From assembly GCA_001775095.1 (NCBI GenBank), contig MFCA01000025.1, forward strand, positions 181,232 through 245,231: DNA of 64,000 nt, given 5' to 3'. Positions 57,405 through 64,000 of the stretch are shown here, one piece after another. The notes below the pieces were generated by a model. That model saw nothing but the letters and a program-made list of their open reading frames with translations, searched no databases and had not been told where the DNA came from. How positions within the stretch are numbered: the first letter of the stretch is position 1; each line of letters opens with the position of its first letter. The DNA comes from Candidatus Curtissbacteria bacterium RIFOXYA1_FULL_41_14. GTDB taxonomy: Bacteria; Patescibacteriota; Microgenomatia; Curtissbacterales; GWA2-41-24. The position numbers and the translations under genes were made by a program.

Positions 57405-58895
57405 ATGCTGAAACGCTTTGTTGAGCGCTACGATAAACAAGTTCATCGCTTCCTGGAGATTCTTCCGGGAACTTTTTCGTGGAGTTTAATTCTTTTCCCG
57501 ATATGGGGTTCATTCTGGATTCCCCACTACGTTGCTTATTACATCATCCTTTTTGATATTTTTTGGTTCTATAAAGCCGGGGCCTTGGCTATAACTTCAC
57601 TGATGTCACATATAAAGTTAAATGCCTCCTCAAAGTATGACTGGCTTTCAGATGTTAAGAAACTGCCCGATTTTAAAAAGGTCCATCATCTGGTAGTCAT
57701 TCCCACATTTAAAGAACCTTTGGGCACTATTGATCGGGGAGTTGAATCTATCGCTAAACAAGACTTCCCGAAAGATCAAATTTCGGTTTGCGTTGCTTTT
57801 GAAGAAAGGGAAGGCCAGACTGCTCGGGAGAAAGCCAAGGTTCTCAATAAAAAGTTCGGAAGCAAATTTGCCAATTTTATCATTACCTTCCATCCGGATA
57901 TCACCAAAGAGGTTAAGGGAAAATCTTCTAATCAAGCTTATGCCGGAAGAATTGCCAAGCAAATACTAGTAGATAAACAAAAGCTAGATATCAACCATAT
58001 AACCGTTACATCCAAAGATGCAGATGGAGTTTTTAGTGAAAAATACTTCTCTTGCCTTGCCTATAAGTTCTTAACAAGCGAAAATAAATATCTCCTCTTT
58101 TGGCAACCGATTGTCCTTTTTTATTCGAATATCTGGAAAGTCCCAGTGCCAATCAGAGTTATGAGCACCTTTTCATCTGTCTGGCAAACCGCTTTGAATT
58201 CAAGAACGGATAGACTGGTGAATTATTCGATGTATTCCCTTTCTCTGAAACTTCTTGATGATGTCGGCTACTGGGATGTTGACGTCATTCCGGAGGACTA
58301 TCGAATCTTTTTCAAAACCTTTTTTGCCAAAGACGGCAAGATTGAGGTTGATCCGATCTTTTTAGCAGTTTATGCGGATGCCGCCGAATCCAAAGGTTAT
58401 TTTAAATCGCTTGTCAATCTTTACGAGCAGGAAAAAAGGTGGGCCTGGGGAGTTTCCGATGACGCTTACATCATCAAAAAATGGCTGACTCATACGCATA
58501 TTCCGTTTTGGCAAAGAACTATCCGCGTATTTAAAGTCTTGGAAGACCACTTTTTGTGGCCGGTTAATTGGTTCGCAATTACTTTAGGCGCGACTATTCC
58601 GGTTCTTTTAAATCCTGCTTTTGCCCAGACTGTCATGGGACAAAACTTGCCGAAGGTTTCTTTTGGAATTTTATCCGCCTGCTGGATCTTTTTGGCTGTA
58701 ATTCTAGTTATTGATTTCCGCCAGAGGCCAAAAAGACAAGAGCAAATTTCATTTCTTCGGAAACTGATGATTCCCTTTGAATTTGTCTTGATGCCTGTTG
58801 TTACTTTGATTTTCACCGCTCTTCCCGGTATCGATGCTCACACCCGACTAATGCTTGGGAAATATTTGGAATATAGAGTCACAGAGAAGGTATAG
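57405..58895 (+). CDS. Membrane GT2-family glycosyltransferase
   Basis: VVIPTFKEP, GKSSN, KDADG, VIPEDY, QEKRWAWG (D,D,D,QxxRW pattern), flanking TMs. Confidence 0.88.
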   Translation: MLKRFVERYDKQVHRFLEILPGTFSWSLILFPIWGSFWIPHYVAYYIILFDIFWFYKAGALAITSLMSHIKLNASSKYDWLSDVKKLPDFKKVHHLVVIPTFKEPLGTIDRGVESIAKQDFPKDQISVCVAFEEREGQTAREKAKVLNKKFGSKFANFIITFHPDITKEVKGKSSNQAYAGRIAKQILVDKQKLDINHITVTSKDADGVFSEKYFSCLAYKFLTSENKYLLFWQPIVLFYSNIWKVPVPIRVMSTFSSVWQTALNSRTDRLVNYSMYSLSLKLLDDVGYWDVDVIPEDYRIFFKTFFAKDGKIEVDPIFLAVYADAAESKGYFKSLVNLYEQEKRWAWGVSDDAYIIKKWLTHTHIPFWQRTIRVFKVLEDHFLWPVNWFAITLGATIPVLLNPAFAQTVMGQNLPKVSFGILSACWIFLAVILVIDFRQRPKRQEQISFLRKLMIPFEFVLMPVVTLIFTALPGIDAHTRLMLGKYLEYRVTEKV

Positions 58896-58914
58896 AAAGT
58901 ATGGAAGTGGACTC

Positions 58915-58954
58915 TGCGGTCCTCATCGAGACAGGCTCGATTGCGGGCCTAAGG
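58915..58954. repeat. Intergenic copy of the lepA-internal hairpin element
   Basis: tgcggtcctcatcgagacaggctcgattgcgggcctaagg. Confidence 0.85.
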
Positions 58955-59108
58955 GTAACTGAAAAGGTATGAATTTTAAGGGAGTCATTCTGTTCCTTGC
59001 TTCGCTCGAAAAATTTCTCGCTACGCAAGCAAATACGCGTGACGGAGAAAGTATAACTTCCCTTGTCAACTTGACTTATCAGTTTTCACTTGGTAAGGTA
59101 CGGACTCC

Positions 59109-60338
59109 ATGGACTCGTCTCTGTCCGAAGACCACCATAGTAAGTTGAAAGTTGCCCTGGTGTGGGGGCTTTCTATGACCCTGATAGTCGGGGTCTTTTT
59201 TTTAGGCCTTTTTTTAACCAATAGAAATCCCTATATTAAAAATTTTCTTAAAAAGCCCAGCAAGAATGACAGGTGGGAAATATTTGGTTTTGCCCCTTTT
59301 TGGTCGCTCGACAGGCTCAGTAACATCGATTGGAATGTATTAACTACGTTTGCTTACTTTTCCATACCCGTTGATGCCGATGGTTCACTAAATAAAGATT
59401 CGTATGAGTGGAGTGTTTTTAATTCCCAAAAGCTCAAGAAGCAATTTGATCTTGCAAAGGCAAATAACGTAAAGAGGGTCGTAACTTTGACTCAAATGGA
59501 GAAAGGCAGCATTGAATCGTTTCTAGCTGATTCTTCGAATTGGCAAAGGCTGGCTAGTGAAAGTGTCGATTTGCTTTCTGGGGATCAGCTTGAGGGGGTA
59601 AATATAGATTTTGAATACATGCCCTCAAATGACTTTTTGCGAAATAGATTTTCCGAATTTATGGAAAATTATAGCCAGATACTTTCTGAAAAATTACCTT
59701 ATGATCCTTACATCACTGTTTCAGTAATAGCGTCTTCTGAAAAGGAAAATAGCAAAATGATATATGACATTCAAAGACTTTCCAAATCTGCCGATTCAAT
59801 TTTTATGATGGCATATGACTTTTATTATCCTGGTTCGGAAAAGATCGGGCCTAGTGCTCCGCTTTACGGATACAACGGGGGAAATGGACCCTTCTGGTAT
59901 GACGTATCAACAGCAGTCGAGGATTTTTTAAAAGTCACAGAACCTTCCAAAATAATCATGGGTGTTCCCTACTATGGCTGGAATTATCCTGCTTATTCAC
60001 CGGAACCTAAAACCCCAAAGTTAGCGGGAACACAAGGTTTTCCAACAACAAATGAGAGGGTGGAAGAGAGTAGACTGTTGAAAGTTACCCCCTTGGGTGG
60101 GTGGGATGATCAGGCAAAAGTCAGCTGGCGGAGTTATTGGGACGGAAATAATTGGTACGTTGTATACATGGAAGATGAAAATTCCCTTTCTTATAAGTTT
60201 GATTTTGTCAAAGACAAAAAACTTGCGGGAGTTGGAATTTGGGCTCTTGGTTTTGACTCGCCCGATTCCCAGTTCTGGTCGCTCATGCTTCGGAAATTTG
60301 GAGAAAAGGAGAAGAGTTTAGCATTTTTAGGAAACTAG
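59109..60338 (+). CDS. Glycoside hydrolase family 18 protein, membrane anchored
   Basis: EGVNIDFEY, MMAYDF, KIIMGVPYYG, LAGVGIWALG. Confidence 0.9.
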   Translation: MDSSLSEDHHSKLKVALVWGLSMTLIVGVFFLGLFLTNRNPYIKNFLKKPSKNDRWEIFGFAPFWSLDRLSNIDWNVLTTFAYFSIPVDADGSLNKDSYEWSVFNSQKLKKQFDLAKANNVKRVVTLTQMEKGSIESFLADSSNWQRLASESVDLLSGDQLEGVNIDFEYMPSNDFLRNRFSEFMENYSQILSEKLPYDPYITVSVIASSEKENSKMIYDIQRLSKSADSIFMMAYDFYYPGSEKIGPSAPLYGYNGGNGPFWYDVSTAVEDFLKVTEPSKIIMGVPYYGWNYPAYSPEPKTPKLAGTQGFPTTNERVEESRLLKVTPLGGWDDQAKVSWRSYWDGNNWYVVYMEDENSLSYKFDFVKDKKLAGVGIWALGFDSPDSQFWSLMLRKFGEKEKSLAFLGN

Positions 60339-60418
60339 TTAACATTTTTGGTCTAGGGAACAAAGCTGGAAGAGTTGAAAAAAGACTGATTCTTACCGCA
60401 CTACTCATCTTTTTAAGC

Positions 60419-61405
60419 TTGTTTGTTATCGCCCGCAAAACTGAGGTTAAATCGACTCTCACTGATGATTCAGTTACTTTTGAGGCAAAAGATCATCTAG
60501 AAAAGGCAAAAAATAAAATAAAAGGGGACGAGAATTGGAAACCTCAAGGATGGGGATCCGGCGAGTATCTAGAAACTATTCCAAAAATAAAAGCGGGGGT
60601 TGTTTTGAATTTAGAAAGCGGTGATGTAATCTGGTCAATGAATCTTAAAGATAAAATTGCACCCGCGTCCTTAACAAAAGTGGCAACTGTCATAACCGCA
60701 ATAGATCTTCAAGCCCTGGACACGCAGCTTGAAGTTTCCTCACAAGCAGCTTCGCAGATACCGACAATAATTGGCCTAAAGGCTGGGGAAAAATTAACGT
60801 TATCTGAGGCGATATCGGCTGCAATTTTGACAAGCGCAAACGATGCAACCGAAGCAATAGCCTCATCTATTGGCCTTATGGTTGGAAATGGAACCGCGGA
60901 TTTTGAAGAAGTGGTAAACTACAAACTTCAAAAGATCGGGGCTCGTCAAACCCACTTTGTAACTTCGACGGGTCTTGACGACCCAAATCACTATTCAACA
61001 GTTTATGATCTTGCGATAATCGCCCATGAAGCTCTTTCCAACTACCCCTTTGTTGCTGATGTCGCAGATGATACCTATCGAAGACTGGACGCTAACAGTA
61101 ATCACCCTTTATTCGACCTTCCCAACTGGAACGCTCTTTTGGGCACATATCCGGGAGTTAACGGCTTAAAAATCGGTTTTACTGAAGACGCCGGACATGT
61201 AAATATAGTATCCGCAGAGCGTGAAGGTAAGAAATTACTCTCAATAGTTATCGGTGCAAAATCCTTGGAAGAAAGAGAGATTGCGGCGGCTACTCTTTTA
61301 AACTATGGCTTTTCAAAATATAATATTGAACCTTTTCCTGTTGAACAGTTGAATTTAGTTGAAAGATATCAAGATTGGCAGAAACAATTGAGTTCAGTCA
61401 AGTAA
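60419..61405 (+). CDS. D-alanyl-D-alanine carboxypeptidase (peptidase S11)
   Basis: PASLTK, SAN, STGLD, YSTVYDLA, GLKIGFTEDAG; true start probably further upstream. Confidence 0.88.
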   Translation: MFVIARKTEVKSTLTDDSVTFEAKDHLEKAKNKIKGDENWKPQGWGSGEYLETIPKIKAGVVLNLESGDVIWSMNLKDKIAPASLTKVATVITAIDLQALDTQLEVSSQAASQIPTIIGLKAGEKLTLSEAISAAILTSANDATEAIASSIGLMVGNGTADFEEVVNYKLQKIGARQTHFVTSTGLDDPNHYSTVYDLAIIAHEALSNYPFVADVADDTYRRLDANSNHPLFDLPNWNALLGTYPGVNGLKIGFTEDAGHVNIVSAEREGKKLLSIVIGAKSLEEREIAAATLLNYGFSKYNIEPFPVEQLNLVERYQDWQKQLSSVK

Positions 61406-61427
61406 ACTAAAAGGTGCTACTATTAAA

Positions 61428-62246
61428 TTGATGAGAAAAGGTGTTACCCTCATCGAACTTTTGGTTGTTATCTCCATTCTGGTTATACTGGCGGTCATCT
61501 TCGCAATGATATTCATAGGTCCTGCAGCCAGGGCCAGAGATAGCGGCAGGCTCTATGATTCAGACAGGTTAAGGAAAAATCTGGAAATTTATCGCTCTGA
61601 GAATGACAAGTACCCGGAGTCAGACGAGTGGACAAAGTTGGAAGACGATGCGGAAGCTAATGGCCCTTTCTATCAGGCAATGATCACTTATCTTAAAAAC
61701 ATTCCCCAAGATCCTCTCAATGGTAAAGAGAATTATGGCTTCTATTACAAAACAATTAATAATGGTGATTGCTACAAAATCCACATCGAAATGGAAAAAC
61801 GCGATCCTTATGAAATCTCCGGTGTTTGTGGCGGTGATATTGCCTATGATGTCGGAGGGGGTGGAGGACCCTCTCCATCACCATCAGGTGGTGGACCATC
61901 TACTTCTCCGGCACCATCCGGGGGTGAAGATATGACGCAAGAATGTATTGAAAATGCAGAGGTTGACGAGTGGATAATTGACTTTGGACATATAGGAGAT
62001 TTGGATAAAGTTAGGATACGTGGACTTCCTAATGATTGCAGCGGTCTACTTTTGACAGTTATTCTATCCGGAAATTTGCCAAATGACGGCTGCGGAGATG
62101 GGGGTGATCCAGAACTCGCAAGGGCAAGTTCGATCATTGCAAACGATGGTGATAACGAAAATAAGACCACCGTAGATTTTGTTCCCAACGTTCCTATTGA
62201 ACCAATTGAGTGTATAGATGCAGAGGTAAGTGGCATATATGAGTAA
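61428..62246 (+). CDS. Type IV pilin/pseudopilin-like protein with acidic Cys-containing C-terminal domain
   Basis: RKG|VTLIELLVVISIL cleavage motif, ARARDSGR, YLKNIPQDP, G/P/S linker. Confidence 0.85.
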   Translation: MMRKGVTLIELLVVISILVILAVIFAMIFIGPAARARDSGRLYDSDRLRKNLEIYRSENDKYPESDEWTKLEDDAEANGPFYQAMITYLKNIPQDPLNGKENYGFYYKTINNGDCYKIHIEMEKRDPYEISGVCGGDIAYDVGGGGGPSPSPSGGGPSTSPAPSGGEDMTQECIENAEVDEWIIDFGHIGDLDKVRIRGLPNDCSGLLLTVILSGNLPNDGCGDGGDPELARASSIIANDGDNENKTTVDFVPNVPIEPIECIDAEVSGIYE

Positions 62247-62724
62247 AATTATAGTTTCGATAATTATTATTCTAATGCTAATCGGAGGGCTTTCAATCTG
62301 GTATTTTAGCCCACTAAGAAAAGGTGGACAGCTCCAATTTATTAAAACAAAGGGGAATGGACCTCAGAAACTTGCTATTAAAACAGGAAGGCCGGGGGAA
62401 TTTAAGTTAGTGAAATTTTCAGAGGATGTGGTCAATCCTCTCGAAGTTGAAGGTATCCCAAGTAATAATTTTTCAAAAAATGACAGAATAGGTATCGAGG
62501 GTAAAGTAAATATTCAAAACTCGCAAGCATCAACTATACGAATTTTGGGGAAAGAGAGAGAAGAAATTCAAAAAATCAACCCTTCAATACAAACCAAACC
62601 TGATGGGAGAATTATAATCTGTTGTATTGCCCCTCCAGATAAACCGGGAGAATATGTTTTAGAGTTTCTCTTAAATGGCGAAAGGGCGCCAATTTTCCCT
62701 CTCCTGTTTAAGGTTTCTTCTTAA
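62230..62724 (+). CDS. Hypothetical membrane-anchored protein
   Basis: N-terminal TM, PGEYVLEFLLNG Ig-like end. Confidence 0.6.
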   Translation: MAYMSKIIVSIIIILMLIGGLSIWYFSPLRKGGQLQFIKTKGNGPQKLAIKTGRPGEFKLVKFSEDVVNPLEVEGIPSNNFSKNDRIGIEGKVNIQNSQASTIRILGKEREEIQKINPSIQTKPDGRIIICCIAPPDKPGEYVLEFLLNGERAPIFPLLFKVSS

Positions 62725-62739
62725 AAAATCGCCTGTGAT

Positions 62740-63444
62740 CTACAGTCTATCGTATCCGGGGAAATAATCGCGCTTGATATGTTCGGCAGGTACGCCCATT
62801 CCCGGCAGTAATTCTTCAAAATCAACCACCATCGGCTTAGGACCGGAGATATAAAAGTAGAGTTTCGCCAGATCCGGTACATATTTTCTGATTGCTATCT
62901 CGTCCAAATAGTTTGGGGGGACTATGTAGTGTATTTTCAAGTCGGAATGTCTCTTCGCAAGTTGATCGAATTCTTCTTTATATACAATGTCATTAGTTCT
63001 TGAGGCGTAAAGCAAAATCGCATTAATCGGTAGCCTTTGATAATCCAAATCCAAAAGAATCGCCCGAAATGGTGTTACCCCGATGCCGCCCGCAATAAAT
63101 ACACAGTTGCCAGTCGGATCATCAATCACAAAACTCCCTCTTGGACCTTCTGCATAAATTGTCGACCCAATTGGCAAGCCAAAAAGCACTTTTTTGAAGC
63201 TGCTTCCTCTTTCCCGGTCAAATCTTGTCGTCAGTATGATTTGCTTCTCAAACGGAGCGGAGGCAATTGAGAAATAGCGTCTTTCCCCTCTTTCATCAGG
63301 ATTTGGATGTTCAACTCGATACATCAAAAATTGTCCCGGTTTCCATCCAAAATCTTCCTCGCTGTGGAAGATAAATGAATAAACATCACTTGCTTCTTTT
63401 TTCTTGCTGATCAATCCTAAAGTCATAACGTATAAGAGTTTCAA
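62740..63444 (-). CDS. FNR-like FAD/NAD(P)-binding oxidoreductase
   Basis: WKPGQF, RYFSIAS, GPRGSF, FIAGGIGVTPF, FYISGP. Confidence 0.9.
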   Translation of the reverse strand: MKLLYVMTLGLISKKKEASDVYSFIFHSEEDFGWKPGQFLMYRVEHPNPDERGERRYFSIASAPFEKQIILTTRFDRERGSSFKKVLFGLPIGSTIYAEGPRGSFVIDDPTGNCVFIAGGIGVTPFRAILLDLDYQRLPINAILLYASRTNDIVYKEEFDQLAKRHSDLKIHYIVPPNYLDEIAIRKYVPDLAKLYFYISGPKPMVVDFEELLPGMGVPAEHIKRDYFPGYDRL

Positions 63445-63448
63445 ACTC

Positions 63449-63545
63449 TGTCATTCCGCACTTGCTCGCCCTGAGCAAGGTCGAAGGGATGCGGAATCTA
63501 TACAAATAAGTTTCCAGCTGGATTCTCACTTTCGTGAGAATGACA
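63449..63545. repeat. TGTCATTC...GAATGACA element with nested type B element
   Basis: tgtcattccgca[cttgctcgccctgagcaaggtcgaaggg]atgcggaatc...gattctcactttcgtgagaatgaca. Confidence 0.75.
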
Positions 63546-63568
63546 TGAGGATTTTGGTTTCAGTCCTC

Positions 63569-63736
63569 TTACTCCTTTTCCTCTTTCAACTTTTGAAGAA
63601 GCTTCATGGTATTTTCCTTTGCTTCTTCGGCTGATTGGCCAGTCACTTTAGCCGCATCTTCAAAAGATTTATCGGTAATATTGGCCGGAAAACCATGATC
63701 TTCATCCGGCATTTCACACCCGCAGTTATAGCACAT
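63569..63736 (-). CDS. Small Cys-rich protein (55 aa)
   Basis: Not in ORF track; MCYNCGCEMPDEDHGFPANITDKSFEDAAKVTGQSAEEAKENTMKLLQKLKEEKE; strong SD AAGGAGGTG upstream. Confidence 0.75.
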   Translation of the reverse strand: MCYNCGCEMPDEDHGFPANITDKSFEDAAKVTGQSAEEAKENTMKLLQKLKEEKE

Positions 63737-63760
63737 AAATGTTACACCTCCTTTCGAATT

Positions 63761-64000
63761 TTATTTTAAGTATTTATCAAAAAATTCAACTGACCTTTGC
63801 ATGGCCAGATTAAAACTTGCCCCTGAAATATTGTGATCTGCTCCATCATAGGTGTAATACTCAACTGTTTTACTTGCAGCCTCCAGCGCAGCCTTTAAAC
63901 TTTCGGAAAATTCGGGAGGCACCGATTCATCGGCAAGACCATGATGAAGCTGTATGGGGCCCGAAATATCGGCAACAAAACTAATGGGAGCTATCGACTT
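63761..64000 (-). CDS. Alpha/beta hydrolase (S9-like), C-terminal part only
   Basis: Manual translation PIQLHHGLADESVP...YTYDGADHNIS...FFDKYLK*; catalytic Asp/His pattern. Confidence 0.8.
   Translation of the reverse strand, partial: KSIAPISFVADISGPIQLHHGLADESVPPEFSESLKAALEAASKTVEYYTYDGADHNISGASFNLAMQRSVEFFDKYLK

Noticed and set aside
63404-63634. + strand 76-aa ORF (also 52232-52429 and 3309-3497)
   Set aside because: Reading frames run through palindromic or tandem-repeat elements and overlap real genes; no coding evidence
1-64000. Alternative genetic code (TGA=Gly), tRNA or rRNA genes
   Set aside because: Conserved genes end properly at TGA and have no internal TGA; no cloverleaf or rRNA-like segment recognised by eye

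Overview
Chromosomal segment of a small-genome bacterium using standard code 11. Gene content and style point to Patescibacteria/CPR, probably Microgenomates-like (inference): truncated AlaRS/IF2/PcrA, sortase, LCP, FemX, PsbP-like surface proteins, few Shine-Dalgarno sites. The backbone is housekeeping: sortase (partial), alaS, ftsK, a Lon-like ATPase, pnp/rpsO/infB/nusA, hrcA-grpE-dnaK-dnaJ with a CIRCE-like operator, lepA, murJ, rpsT, tpiA, trxA, two UvrD-family helicases, rmuC, a class A PBP, metG, tatD and three PIN-type TA pairs. No rRNA, tRNA, CRISPR, integrase or transposase was seen. The most interesting signals lie below gene level. (1) Several families of tiny palindromic elements occur both between genes and as in-frame insertions in conserved proteins (LepA, PcrA, UvrD-nuclease, MetG, TatD, a methyltransferase), and they nest inside one another. 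(2) Three paralogous surface-protein genes, each with its own promoter, a constant N-terminus, a variable core and a downstream palindrome, alternate with TA modules like a cassette array; two carry a hairpin at the constant/variable junction. (3) A synonymously recoded duplicate of the last 14 codons of the helicase-nuclease gene lies behind a hairpin, resembling an integration scar. (4) A minimal LPxAG sortase substrate sits beside an LCP gene. All comparisons were made by eye; no searches were run.
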